DNA of 64,000 bases from Lytechinus pictus (Eukaryota), in the NCBI RefSeq assembly GCF_037042905.1, contig NC_087249.1, positions 7,874,001 through 7,938,000 of the forward strand. The letters run 5' to 3'. Both the position numbers and the translations under genes were made by a program. Shown piece by piece: positions 1 through 12,860 of the stretch. The notes under the pieces are model-generated. The model was given only the letters and a program-made list of their open reading frames with translations, did not search any database and had not been told where the DNA came from. Each line of letters begins with the position of its first letter. The first letter of the stretch is position 1.

Positions 1-349
1 TCAGGGGGTTTATCTTAACCCAAATTAATTGACATAAAATTACCATTACGTTAAAATTGTACCTATCAATATGAAAGATTAAAAGTTTAATTTTGTACTA
101 AATGTATCTGACTTATCTGCAAAAGGTCCAATGATTTTAAGCATATGCTTTTGGAATATGATTATAACATTCCGATTTTAGAAATGTGTAACGTTTGTTC
201 ATTTAAATATCTTTATTGCAAATTTCACCCATACACGTATATGATTTTATACATCGCATCTTTCTCAAAAATGTTTTGTGATATATCATTTTTAATCTGA
301 ATATGAATTGATGTTCAAAGATTAATAGTCATAAAAAATCATTCCAAAT

Positions 350-655
350 TTGATTTATACGATCTTTATCCCAAACAGATAATAATAATATTCTGCATTT
401 ATATAGCGCTTAACACATCGGAGCGACGTCTCTAAGCGCTTTACATATATATTATTACGCCGGTCATCGGATCCTTGCATGCCCGCATACAATGTACCTT
501 CTCCACTCCCTGTGGAGCATTCCAACATGAGTTCCAAGACTCTATTGCTAGGCATACTACATAGGCTTTCACATCCTACTGGGTACCCATTTAACACCTG
601 GGTGGAGAGTGGCAAATTGTGGATTGACGTCTTGCCAAAGATTCGACAAGAGAGC
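350..655 (-). mobile_element. SINE or SINE-related fragment
   Basis: Shares the gggtacccatt.a.cacctgggt motif and the LINE-like gcgctatataaat/tat-rich tail with the SINE at 2815-3090. Confidence 0.55.
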
Positions 656-699
656 AAAACCGTGATTTTTTTTTCAAGAGGGTATTTTAACGCACGTAC

Positions 700-796
700 C
701 TGTTACGTCATGAGAAGTGGTGTGGAGGAAAAAAACAGTCAAGAAGATCATCAAACCAATGATGGTAATAAGAATAAAATTCTTCCTGGTACCCAT
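700..796 (-). CDS. Putative first coding exon (copy 1) of a type II membrane or signal-anchored protein; the rest of the gene would lie left of the window
   Basis: Reads MGTRKNFILITIIGLMIFLTVFFLHTTSHDVT then G|gtacgt (phase-1 donor). Basic N-terminus plus hydrophobic stretch. Frame and donor are conserved in the duplicate at 1348-1444. Confidence 0.35.
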
Positions 797-1347
797 CGAA
801 TAGATTCAAAGGTTTCTTCAACACGTTATTAACCAGAATATCCTCCACAATTTCTACGCATCATAAACATGATAAACCGAAGCCATGACACAACATACTA
901 CTACTACTTTTGGATGATAGACCACGTACAGCTTGGTACAAATCTTTTCTCCAACTTCGAATGGGTCGTATGTTGAGACAGCATAAGTCCTTGAAGCACA
1001 AAAAGAAGGCCTAGATGTACACCTTTTTTAAGCTTCTTTTGTAATCGTATTGACACAAAGTTGTTGGTTACCACAGACTCTTAAATCTTGTTTGCAAGGA
1101 CGATGTACTGGCTGTGATTCTCTACAGGGTCAACCATCCAGTGGTAGGGACGTTACGTGGTTGTGTCGGTGATGATGATGATGATGATGATGATGACGAT
1201 GATGACACGAATTCAAATTTTTAAGGGTTTATGATTTTAAAGTTGTTTAAAAAAGTGAGAGATAAAATTGTTATCCTAAAAGTAATAATAGATAATGAGA
1301 TCAAATCCGCGTGTTTTTTTTTCAAGAGGGTATTTTAACGTACGTAC

Positions 1348-1444
1348 CTGTTACGTCATGAGAAGTGGTGTGAAGAAAAATAACAGTCAAGAAGATCATC
1401 AAACCAATGATGGTGATAAGAATAGAACTATTTCTGGTACCCAT
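1348..1444 (-). CDS. Putative first coding exon (copy 2) of the same signal-anchored protein
   Basis: Reads MGTRNSSILITIIGLMIFLTVIFLHTTSHDVT then G|gtacgt, inside ORF 1322..1546. Offset 648 bp from copy 1. Confidence 0.35.
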
Positions 1445-1904
1445 CGAATAGATTCCAAGTTTTCTACAACACGTTATCAACCTGAATATCGTATAATCCC
1501 CACAATTTCTGGGCATAATAAACTGGATAAACCGAAGCCATGACACAATATGCTACTTACCTTTGGATATACACTCAGTACAATCATATTCATGAAACCA
1601 ATAGAACGCGTACACTACAGCTTAGAACAAATCTTTTCTCCAACTTTGAATGGGTCAGTACACCTATTTAAAGCTGCTATTGTATATCCAGTTGTTGTGT
1701 GTCCGGACAATCAATTTTCAAAGGTCATTTGAAAAAATTTACAGGCGAAGTATTATCAATTTTTAGTAAAAAAAATTGATAGGCAATATTATAGAGAACA
1801 AAATAAAAGATGATTACAACTATTGCATTCATATATTTAGTGTGATCCAAAGACAAAAAAGAAGATGACAAAGTTCGGCAAGTATTCCAGCGAATAACAA
1901 AAAG

Positions 1905-2400
1905 TAAAAAAAATAAATAAATAAGGGAAATGTGTCATCACTAAAATGAAGTGTGGGGAAGATAAATGATGGATGTTGCAAAAAAAATGTTTCAAGACAT
2001 GAATACTTTAGATCAGCTGGTATAAAAACCCTCAACCACGACTATCCCAACAAAAATATAGGGCACGGGAGCAAGTATCCCCAGTGTTCCCCACTCCTTT
2101 TTTGGGGAGAAGGGTTATTTTCAAAGGTCGATCATTGCGTTCTTTGAAGCGATTAGCCCCTTTACTTTGCTTGTGAGAAGTCTTACGAAATCGATACACT
2201 TTGCAAAGTGTCACTGTGCCCTGTATTTTTGTTGGGATAGTCGTGGTGGAGGGTTTCTATACCAGCCGATCTAAACTACTCGATCTAAATTACTCATATT
2301 TTGATTTTTTTTTCTTTTGCAACATCCATCATTTGATATCTCCTCCACACTTCACTTTAGTGATGACACACTTCCCTTATTTGTTTGTTTTTACCAGCAA
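1905..2400. mobile_element. Foldback/MITE-like inverted repeat
   Basis: Arm tgtgtcatcactaaaatgaagtgtgg...ccacgactatcccaacaaaaatatagggcac recurs as its reverse complement at about 2215-2385. Confidence 0.65.
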
Positions 2401-2814
2401 ACAGGACCGGTGTATGTCTTTTCATAGTGGAATCTTGAATTTCTCAGATTCAATTGTAAACGTTAATGGGTATCTAATTTGTCGTTGTTAATCCGATATT
2501 TCGCGATAAGGATGTATTTATAAAATGACTTCAAAGGCAACTCTCAAAGAACAAGACATACTTTTTTTTCGTGCTGAACACTTTTCCCGAGATTTGTTTT
2601 ATCCCTGTACAACACCGATTATTGGTGTAGGGAGTTCTTTCTCAAAGCGGAATCCACAACAGAAACAATCAAAACGAGTTATTTGCTTCAATGTTCTTTA
2701 AAAAAAACAATAATAGCAAAGTCGTTTACAGATTCATCTTTTTCATGACTTCTGAACCTCATTCCATTCCACTGTCTCATCTTGCATAATTTGTCTTTTT
2801 GTTTGGTTTTATCA

Positions 2815-3090
2815 TGTAATAATAATAATAATAATAGGCATTTATATAGCGCCATTTATCTAGAAATATTCTATTCCGAGGTGCGATGTTATCATTATTA
2901 TTACCCCGGCTTTAGCTCGAGCTGCCTTTCAGCGCTCATGCATTCAAGGAATTAATCCTGCCGGGTACCCATTCACCTCACCTGGGTTGAGTGCAGCACA
3001 ATGTGAATACATTTTTGCTGAAGGAAATTACGCCACGGCTGGGATTCGAACCCACGACCCTCTGTTTCAAAGTCTGAAGACTAATCCACT
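2815..3090 (-). mobile_element. tRNA-derived SINE
   Basis: Minus strand shows A-box-like tagtggattag and B-box ggttcgaatcc, a central aatgggtacccggc motif and a (TAT)n tail. A related copy lies at 63530-63745. Confidence 0.8.
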
Positions 3091-4483
3091 ATACATCCAC
3101 TATGTATGAGTGTCCTGCAAGATATAGAAGATGAGATGTGTGTGTGTGGGTATGGGGGGTAGTGCAAATTTAATATCAGGGACCGTGCCGGGGTCTTTTG
3201 AAGAAGGGATATGTAGGGGGAAAAGTTCCTAAAAAAACAGAAACATAATAATAGAACAAAGCAATCGTTATTCATAAAGTCACAAGGGCAATGATTCATA
3301 AGGTTCGCAATTTTTAATGTTAGATGATGGCCATTCTTCGATATTTGGCATGACAGCTTCCATTAATTATGATGTATTGATCAACATGTATGAAACCAAA
3401 GAGCTGTTTGAAGCTCCTTTATGAAACAAAACATAATATTGTAATTGTTGTTGATGGAAGTAAAAACGAAATGAAATATAAATTAAAAGGACTGTTATTC
3501 ATGTTCAGAGTCATTATTAACATTGAATAAAGGCTCGCAGATTGGCATATACTTCGAGGGTCACTAATCATTACGACCGCCCTTTCATTCGACTTTAATC
3601 AACCTCTCTTTTAATGATGAAGAGTGACGTTAATTATGATTAGCGAACCTTTCTATAACTTCCCTCGTGTTACTCATTATAAGCTTAATAGAATTTAACA
3701 CAAAATTATGAACTATAAAATGAAACTTTTCATTCTTGTTTTTTTCCTCCTTTTTTTTGTTGCTCGGTCGCTAAGCTCTCTCTCTCTCAAAAATATAGTT
3801 AGAAGCTTTGCCCCCCATATCCTGGTGCCACTGCCCTGACGTCCCTGAACAGATGCGTGGATTGCAGGGGGGGGGGGCGCATCCCCAAACTTTTTTGTTG
3901 AGGTTGCTGTCTACAATACCCATCCCCTCCCTCCCCGGTTTTAAGGTGGAAAAGGGAAGGTAAAAATGTAATGATATTCTTTATAAATTATAATGCAAAC
4001 TTACAGTTATCATCATAATCATCCGCGTTATTATTATAATTATTATGATCATCATCATTATATATATTTCTATATAATGCAATGAAATTAGATCAAAAAT
4101 TATTTTCTCATTTTTTTTGCTTGAATCGCTCGCTCTTTTAATATAAAAATAGATAGGACATGAATACACCCACCCACATGTTAGATGGGGAAGGGGGGGC
4201 TTGGGGGGGGGGGGCACTCCCACCCTCCATACAAAATTCCACATTAACCAAAAAAACAAAAATAAAATAAAGCTTAAACGAACAAATGTTAAATTATTTT
4301 CTAAATATCAGATCATAACCATCACAAGCTGCGATTTTCACTTTGGAAAAGGTAAAGAAAATAAATGCCCGCTCGCAACATTTATGAAAATTTTTACCCC
4401 ATATGCTATGTTCTGCTCCCCTCAAAATGTTTGCCGTATTATGTCACTGCACACACCCATGTATATGTTCATTAACATACACA

Positions 4484-5160
4484 CAGGGGCGGCGATCCAC
4501 GCAAGAAAAATGCCCCCCCCCCCTCACGAACGTGAAATGTGCCCCTTTCTCCTGAGAAGGGCCCGTTTTATGTATGAGTAAGTGCCCCTTGCCTTCTTTA
4601 GGTGCCCTTTCTCGAATCAGTGCCCATCACGAACGTGTTCTGTGTCCCCTTCATACCTGATAATGTCCCGTTTTATTTGTTAACGAGTTCCCCTTTAGAA
4701 CAAGAAAAACAATTTTCTATTTTTTATATGTTGCTACTTATGAAGGGGAAAAAATGTAATAATCTTACGTGCATTAAGTTTCATGAGTCATGTGAGTTGA
4801 GTAGATAAGCAGCCGCGTACAGATTGGGGGGGGGGGAAGGGGGGGCTTTCAAGACCAAAAAAGGAAAAAGCTAAGAAAAAGAAAGAGGAATGGGTGAAAT
4901 ATAATATCAATTTCTGAATATTATGTCAAAATCTATCACAAAATTGGATTTTCGTTATAATAAAAATGTTAAAATTTTTGCTCGCTCGCAACTTCTTGTA
5001 AATTTAACGTGATACCACATATCTAGCCCCCTCAAAAGTTTGGTTCATTACGCCACTGTAAATAATTAATTTGTTTTAAGATAGTGCCCCTTTCGAAAAA
5101 AATGTGCCCCTTTTTCCCTGTGCCCCCCCCCCCACTTTCAAATTTGCTCCGCCGCCCCTG
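4484..5160. mobile_element. Non-autonomous hAT-like element (MITE)
   Basis: TIRs caggggcggcg / cgccgcccctg. Perfect 8-bp TSD catacaca (4476-4483, 5161-5168). Confidence 0.8.
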
Positions 5161-5704
5161 CATACACAGACACACACACACACCCACCCTCGCACACCAC
5201 ACACATATAATGTGTACATCATTCAGTTGATATGGAATCAGCCTCCAGGTATTATGGAGACCTGTATACCCCCATTGATGCCAAGGCTGAATTTAAAAAA
5301 AAAATATATATATAAGTATTGCCCGTCGCAAAAAACAAGAATAATAAAAATTAGCTATTAAATGTTTACTAATTAGACGAGTATCTTCAGGATATTCAAT
5401 GAAATGATGCAATGTTCATGACGAGAGAGAAAGCCAGACAAAGGAGAGCCAAACGTAATATTGCACGAATGAAGAAACATTGCATTCGAGAATATTGTTC
5501 ATAATTTAATCAGGCAATTTTTCAATGGTGATGGAAACTTGATTTTATCCCTAATATACCTTTCTTCTACATCTACTGCTTATTTCTTCCCATTTGGTCC
5601 TCATGCTTGATGGTATTTTTTTTTAATCAATGTTATACAGCAGTACTTTTTTTCCTAAGAACATCATTAAATTTTTATTTCAGGGTAATTATAAGCCATT
5701 CCTA

Positions 5705-5886
5705 CACTCTAAAAAACGGAGAGCTAACTTAGCTCTTAAAGAGCGTGTATAGTGACTGCAATTCGGAGTGCTGATTTGTCTAGTGCAAATTTGAACGAGA
5801 AAAATCAGCACTCCGAAGCGCAGTCACTGTACATGCTCTTTAAGAGCTATATTACCTCTTCGTATAGTTCTTCGTTTCTTAGAGTG
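5705..5886. mobile_element. Palindromic MITE with CACTA/EnSpm-like termini
   Basis: CACTCTAA...TTAGAGTG ends, TA on both flanks, near-fully self-complementary body. Confidence 0.7.
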
Positions 5887-7663
5887 TACTATTTTATATA
5901 ATTTCATGACAGAAATAAACAAGAAAATAATCTAAAACTGTTACACTCGCACAGTGGGGGAAAATAGAAAACTTGTGTCATAATGCCTTTCTTGGGCCAC
6001 CTAATTCCCTCATGAAAACTGCAACTACAAGATTCATATAATTCTGAAATCGTTACGTGATGAGAAATAATTGTTCAGCGCAGAATAATTTGAGGCATGA
6101 CCTCCTCAATCCTTTTATTCTTCTTACATCGACAAGATAATTAATTATTTTACAGTAGAGATAATTAATTATTTGAAGACAGTAATCATACACATTGAAC
6201 GCATACGTCATACAAACTTCATAACATGAAAACCTTGACTGAGCTACATATAAAATACGTTATAAATTATAATCTAGTAGAAAAATAGGTCACTTACTTC
6301 GTAAGATATTGTTACCTATTTTTCTGACCATTAAGGAATCATTTTCGGACGTCGTCTCCTGTGATTGGCCGGAGCTGCGTCAAGGTTTACATGTTATGAA
6401 TTTTGTGTGAGGCATGCAGCGAATAAAAAGCAGCATGATCCGAGAGGATCATGAGAGGATCATGGTTCATGCCCGCCAGGATTGAGTTCTGTCAGTTTCT
6501 GTGATCCGTGTCTTATCGAGGAGTTCAGCATAGTCCGCGACGTAGTTCGTTGCTCCGTAAAAGGCGAAAAAGGTAATTTTCTTTTCTTTACTTTTTTAAA
6601 TTGCATGTTTAAAGAAGAATCATCGACCCATGATTTAACCAATTGATGAACCTCTTCTTTAGGATTTGACGAAGCTTCTCATTGGCGATTCTATGTTCCC
6701 ATTAAGAGTGACAGAGCACTGCATTGCGCGTAGCAATAAAAACAATTTTCGCTTTGGAAAGTCTTGAAAATTGAACAAATGCAACATGAGGATAGTTCGT
6801 GGACATATATTCTTGGGCTTCGGACTGTTCTGCCAGATTATGATTATTGACAGAATACTATGCTTGAGTAAGCAATTCTCATTTTCTGTATTAAAGCTGG
6901 CAGATTTCGCGCCATGTTGATGATGTCCAAGGAGAGGGTGATCAAATAAACTTACCGAGTTGTACATTTCTCATAATGTATTTGAATTAAAGTCCAAGAA
7001 AATAAAACAGATACTTTGTTACTTGTATGATAAACTTTGCTACCAATATCAACATTTTAAACTTTCAAGTTGTTTGTGCCAGCTGGAGCTAAGGACGTGA
7101 TATTAAACAAATCCAGTTCATTTCAGACACCTCAAGTATTTTTGTTTATTAGTATTTCCACTTTCATCCATATTACTCGTTCAAAATTTTCTGCAAGTCA
7201 TTTTTCACGAACGTCTTAAAACTATTATTGCTCACTAAATCTGAAATTTTGCAGAGAGTAAAGTCTATTTAGAATAAATTGTGCAAATAAAAGAATGAGT
7301 AAAAAGTATTCAGAATATTACAATTTATTCATTTCATTTTGTTTTTCTTCAAAATGTAAAATTTTGTTGATTTTTCTACAAAATTCGACCTCATTGGCGC
7401 TGTTGAGCAATAGCCTATTAAAAACTTTAAAAAAAAATAAAAGAAAATAAAAACGTCTCGATGACTTTTCGATTGTGAACTTAGATTTAACAACAATATA
7501 AAGTTCACGTTTAGAATATCTCTTTACTTTCTTTTCTACTCTTTCGCATGATAGCATCATAGAAGCTGGATACAATCATGAATCATTTTTTAGGCTTCAT
7601 ATATATATAGGCCTACTTTTTACCCATTTTCAGATCAGGGGCGTCAGTATTATAACAGATGTG

Positions 7664-8803
7664 ATGTCTGTGAATGCGACTTTAAGATTCTCATCTGGGG
7701 TAGACTTGGAAGAAGACATGGCGGCTGGGAATATGAGTTATCCTTCTCAATATATCACCACTGCGACCATTCTTACCTTGATATCCGTCACTGGCCTGGG
7801 GGGGAACAGCTTGACCATCATATCAGTGTTCATGTCCACCAAACTACAGACCAAGACCAATGTCTTCGTGGTCAATCTGGCGGTCGGCGATGTGATAACC
7901 TGCACCGGTATTCTCGTCCAACTTGTGGCTCTGTTGTCACCGCGTGAACCATTAATTCCAGCCAGTTTTGGGGATCTGATTGCCATTCTTGGATCAGTGT
8001 CAATGAGCTCAACCATCCTGACACTGGCCGTGATCGCGATAATCAGGTGTGTGAGGGCTACAAAGTCCCCGATCATCTTTGACGGACTCTTCTCAACCCC
8101 GAAACTGACGCTGATGATTTTTCTCATCTGGGCCATCCCCGTTTCAAGCAATGTTCTATTCTACCTGGGAGGGGGGCGGAATCTGTACGACTCGCAGATC
8201 AGAATGTATAAATTCGCTTTATTGGAAAACACCGGAATTGACATTCCAGTCGCAATCTTCTTCGTCGTCGATGCAACGTTGGTCATCGTCTGTACACTAG
8301 TTATGCTGATTTGCTATCTGAAAATCGTCCTTCATGTTAGAGCTCACACGAGGAGAATATCTGTTGAATTGGGAGGTGGTGTATCTCCGTCATCTCGGGC
8401 CCTAGATTCAGGAAATCGAGACCAGCCCCAACCACGTCATCAAGCAGAGAACAGTCAACAGCGATCTGGGAGGCCTGCACGACAACCTCTTCGGCTTGAG
8501 GTTGACTCGGTGAGGGCTCATGAAGTCGCGATCACAAAAACCCTGGCACTGGTTACTATAGTATTTCTCGTCTGCTTTCTGCCTTTTATTACTTTATCAA
8601 TCAATCCCATTCCATTCAATTCTAATCCATACATCTTTAATATTGTTTTTGTATTGCTCTTGAGTAACTCTGCCATGAACCCAATAATCTTTGCCCTCAC
8701 ACACGCTGACTTTCGGAAGGTGTATCGGTGTATACTGACCGGGTCTTTTAGTGAAATTCCCTCCCCTTCTCGTTCACTGAGAGCAGCATTACAAACCGTA
8801 TGA
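7664..8803 (+). CDS. Class A (rhodopsin-like) GPCR with intronless CDS, orphan; putative chemoreceptor
   Basis: Seven hydrophobic segments. TM1 GN, TM2 NLAVGD, TM3 IAIIRC, TM4 W, TM5 CY, TM6 CFLP, TM7 NSAMNPIIF. N-terminal glycosylation sequons NAT and NMS. First ATG at 7664 (ORF track starts at GTG 7661). A ttttcag acceptor at about 7633 suggests a 5'UTR intron. Confidence 0.93.
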   Translation: MSVNATLRFSSGVDLEEDMAAGNMSYPSQYITTATILTLISVTGLGGNSLTIISVFMSTKLQTKTNVFVVNLAVGDVITCTGILVQLVALLSPREPLIPASFGDLIAILGSVSMSSTILTLAVIAIIRCVRATKSPIIFDGLFSTPKLTLMIFLIWAIPVSSNVLFYLGGGRNLYDSQIRMYKFALLENTGIDIPVAIFFVVDATLVIVCTLVMLICYLKIVLHVRAHTRRISVELGGGVSPSSRALDSGNRDQPQPRHQAENSQQRSGRPARQPLRLEVDSVRAHEVAITKTLALVTIVFLVCFLPFITLSINPIPFNSNPYIFNIVFVLLLSNSAMNPIIFALTHADFRKVYRCILTGSFSEIPSPSRSLRAALQTV

Positions 8804-9234
8804 TCGGATCACATCATGCAGGAATATGTAGATACAGGGGTGAGATCGCTCAAAAAAGTCGCATCGCAAATTCACTACATATAAAAATACCCTCACCAAG
8901 ATATTGCGGAAAGAAAAACGAAAATATTCTACAAACCAATAAATTCGTTTCAAGCACGATATAAAAAACAAGAGAAACAATCAACAATGCCATAAATAAA
9001 CATAACATAAGATATCGCACATGATAACAATAAAACACGACAATGTCGAAATTCATGATTCTTTTCGTATAGCGGATATATTTCATTAATATCAGTCACA
9101 AACCTTAATTTTCTATTTCTAGTACCAGTTCACAGGAATTAAATGGTAGATACAATGAACAACTTAAAATAATAAAAAGAGCTGAGGTCACGATGATATT
9201 GATAATATTTTATTAAAGAATGTTATAGAATAAG

Positions 9235-10610
9235 TAAATTGTTGATCCATTAGTATACATTTTTTAATGGCGACGTGCCTGACAATATGGAGAAATCTTA
9301 GATAATACCAGTGCACAAAATGGAGAAAAGAATAATGTATATAAATCCAGACCGATATCTGTATTGCCTACTTTATGTAAGTTTGCCTAAGTTATGGAAA
9401 GGGTAATCTATACAACAGTATTACATTTAAAATTTCTTGAATTAATATAATATAATTTCTGACTTTCAATTGGATTTCGCCAAAAATATAATAGTACATC
9501 GCATGCTACTCTCTCGTGTATAGACAAAATCACAAAAGCTATTAATAACTTTGAACATACAGTCAATAGGTGTTTTTCTGGACCTCTCCAAGGCCTTTGA
9601 CATTATAAATTATGAAATACTTCTATATAAACTTGAAAATTACGGAGTTCGTGGGAAGGCCTTGGAGTGGTTTATAAACTATCTCTCAAATCGTAAACAA
9701 AATGTAAGCATAAATGAACAAAATTGGTCTCTATACAATGTCAACTGGGTGTTCCCCAATGTAGCCTACTGGGTCCACTTTTATTTATATTCTATATAAA
9801 TTACATCCAGAACTCTTCCACAATAATATCTTAACTTCTTTTTGCAGATGATTCAAATGTACTCTATTCTCATCCTAATCCCGATATTTGAATTAATGTG
9901 TTGAACACTGAAATGGATAAGTACAATGGATAAGGGCTAACCAATTGTCGATTAGTGTACAAAAAAACGAAATGCATGCTTTCTAGCAATTCTTTAGATC
10001 AATTACCATTCAATATCAAATTGCACAATATAGACATTGACGTTATTACAACGACAACATTTTAGGTATCAAACTAGACAGCAAATTATCTTGGAAAACA
10101 CATACTGATTCTATAAGTCGTACAATTTCACGCAATATTGGTGTTATAATTTAGGTAAATTTTTTCTTCTTCCCACTTCCTCCCTTAAAAATGCTTTACT
10201 CAACATTAATTTACTTTGTTTCAATTACGGGACGATTGTCTGGGGAAATACACACTCATTTTACCTAGATCTAATATTGCTTTTACAGACATGACAGAAG
10301 AAGGCGTTGCGTGTTATGTTTAACTTATTCTGGAGATCCCATACAGATCACTTGTTTTTCAACAACAAAATTTTGAAAATAAAAACACTATACCAATATA
10401 TACTTGGTCAATTCATGTATCAATTAAACAATAATATGCTACCACCCATCTTGAATTCTTCGTTTAACAAAACAAAGCTGTTAACAAAATATCCCAACGT
10501 CAATCTGATGAATTTCATCCACCACTACCCCGGACTATCCTTGCAAAATCAATATTTACTTTCGAAGGCCCTAGGCTATGGGGAACTATTCCAGGGACCC
10601 CTTTCATAAG
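9235..10610 (+). pseudogene. Degraded CR1/L2-group LINE ORF2 (reverse transcriptase) fragment
   Basis: Frame-disrupted motifs RPISVLP, GVFLDLSKAFD, YGVRG, FADD and LSWKTH. Confidence 0.85.
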
Positions 10611-11793
10611 TTAGAACTATGGTAACTTTTGCCAACATGTCAATTACTACGGTAACATGGCTCAGCAGCCAATCACAGTCAACGCTTCCATGGTAGGATA
10701 CAGTAAAAGTGGCGTAACCATTGCTTTCATAAATATTTATGAATTTCTGATGTTTTTCTAATTATTTTTAACAGGTAGAGTCAAGCACCAGATTTATATT
10801 CATACATGTAACTCCGTTTGCCTCTTACATTGTTTTAGACTCCTAGAGGGCTCAAAAAGAAGCAAAATCAAATGATATGATGTGTAATTATTAACTATTA
10901 CAAATGATTTTTAAACTTTTTGATCGATTTTATTATCCCCTAACGGGAAAATTGCCTACATTTGCTTAGATGTTAACTTTTTTACTCACCATAAATTATA
11001 AATGTAGGCTTACAGGTAGCCTATGCCTCATCATCAAAAGTATATTTTAAAAAATGTCATCTTTTTACATAGAAAAATATCACATCAGTGTCGAAATATG
11101 ACTCTTTTTATGTATTTGAAGTACTCTGTATATAGTGTTCATTATTTCATGAAAAAGTAGGCCTTGTGATGTGTTTTCCTATCAAACTTGTTAACAAGTA
11201 CGTCAACGTGGTCAAAATGGCTTGATTGTCCTTATTCGATTTATACTGTGTTCCAACTTTGTAACTACAAGCTACGTAAGCGTACTGTTGTCTTGTTTTA
11301 TAAAAAAAAAACGCATTAATATCCAATAAGGTACAAGTATCTCTTCTAAGGGAAATATTATTGCTCTTAAAACATTTTTAAAGCATTGTTCATTGTAATA
11401 GTGTCTACGTCGTGAATGTGCCTTGATTCAACCTAGTGATTATTGTCATAGATGTAAATTACTAGTTTACATGGTGATTAAATAAACATATACTCATCTC
11501 CTTTATGTTGTATTTACTGATATCCGTAGTACATGTGTGATAAAACGCTCGAGGTACTTACAATATAGTATAATATACTACGTATTAGTGAGTATTTACT
11601 TAAGGTATTGTTGATTTTCATTCTTTTAGATGAGTATTAATTATTGATGACCGGCATGAATAGCCTATGGTTCTGATATCATTAGCAAGTACATTTTGCG
11701 CTAATATTTTAGGAATTTTCTTTTTTCCGTCGATACTATCAGTATATAGTATTAGTAGTAGTAGTAGTAGTAGTAGTAGTAGAAGAAGTAGTA

Positions 11794-12019
11794 CACTGTT
11801 AAAAATAATTTAAACAACGCTGTTTACTATGTGAATCGAACAGAAGTTGTTTAAACATGTTAAACAAATGTTTAAAATATTAAACAACAAAGTTTGAATG
11901 CAAATATTTAATTATCAATAATTTAAGCACGGCTTTGAAAGACTTTAAACACTTGTTTAAACTGTTTAAACAACTACTTCACATAGTAAACTGCGTTGTT
12001 TAAATTATTTTTAACAGTG
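11794..12019. mobile_element. CACTA/EnSpm-like MITE inserted in a (TAG)n microsatellite
   Basis: TIR CACTGTTAAAAATAATTTAAACAACGC at both ends, with TA flanks. Confidence 0.75.
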
Positions 12020-12024
12020 TAGTA

Positions 12025-12190
12025 NNNNNNNNNNNNNNNNNNNNNNNNNNNNNNNNNNNNNNNNNNNNNNNNNNNNNNNNNNNNNNNNNNNNNNNNNNNN
12101 NNNNNNNNNNNNNNNNNNNNNNNNNNNNNNNNNNNNNNNNNNNNNNNNNNNNNNNNNNNNNNNNNNNNNNNNNNNNNNNNNNNNNNNNNN
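12025..12190. other. Assembly gap
   Basis: Run of N. Confidence 1.
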
Positions 12191-12495
12191 AGGAAAAGAA
12201 GAAGGAAAAATTAAAAAATAATCCCTTGAACTCAGTCTGTAACATGAATGTCTACTTCTAACTTTTTATTCCCTACGGGGGTCGGACGCCAAAATAGGGT
12301 GTTACATGGTTAAAACCCCCATTCCACAGAGAGCAAGACCGCTGAAAGACTGCTGTAAGACCATAAAACTTGCTTGATCTTTCAAGGGTCTTTCAACGAA
12401 CTTTCAAAGATCTCCAAGGTCTTTCACGATTCTTGATGGATCTTTCAATGGTCTTCGTGGTCCTTGTGAGTCCCAAAACTTTTTGAATCGGTTCT

Positions 12496-12606
12496 TTAAG
12501 GTATATTTGTTGCCATGTTCGTCGTTGCCATGGGGATATCAGTAGGAGGAGTTGTTTGTTGAAACTGGAGGAGGATGGTGAAGTAAGTGATCAAAGTGCT
12601 TACAAC
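12496..12606 (-). CDS. Gustatory receptor-like gene A, exon 4 (TM7)
   Basis: Acceptor tgtacag|. Reads VVSTLITYFTILLQFQQTTPPTDIPMATTNMATNIP*. Contains the Gr-family TYxxxxxQF motif. Confidence 0.9.
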   Translation of the reverse strand, partial: VVSTLITYFTILLQFQQTTPPTDIPMATTNMATNIP

Positions 12607-12767
12607 CTGTACAAGAGAAGAAGATAAAAAATATAGCAGTTCCAACATCAAATGCCATCGAAAAGGAAAAAGAAGTATATTCTAATCATGATTATAGAAA
12701 AACAAAATGTTTTCGTGGACTATAAAGTAAAACATAGATCAATCAGAACACAAATAAAAATACCTAC

Positions 12768-12860
12768 CTCTAAAACTCGTTCCTTGGTAATAACGAAGCA
12801 ACCAAGAGCTGTCATGCCGATTTCCGGTCCGTCCAACCGAGCCAAGAATAGAAGCTGGAC
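12768..12860 (-). CDS. Gustatory receptor-like gene A, exon 3
   Basis: tttag|VQLLFLARLDGPEIGMTALGCFVITKERVLE|gtaggt. 93 nt, phase 0/0. Matches the Gr-type TAxGxFxI segment preceding TM7. Confidence 0.9.

Larger units (their letters stand above)
660..1656. repeat. Diverged direct duplication (about 660-965 and about 1310-1656)
   Basis: Colinear similarity seen directly, e.g. ttcaagagggtattttaacg.acgtacctgttacgtcatgagaagtggtgtg in both copies. Confidence 0.85.

Noticed and set aside
3040-3090. tRNA gene
   Set aside because: A/B boxes are present, but there is no full cloverleaf and the sequence continues into a SINE body and tail.
5950-6030. CACAGTGGGGG as a second Transib/RSS end
   Set aside because: No matching opposite end or TSD is visible in the window. 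It could be a remnant but I cannot support it.
7747-8151. Antisense and alternative-frame ORFs overlapping the GPCR, Grl and LINE coding regions
   Set aside because: These are shadow ORFs of real coding sequence with no independent evidence.
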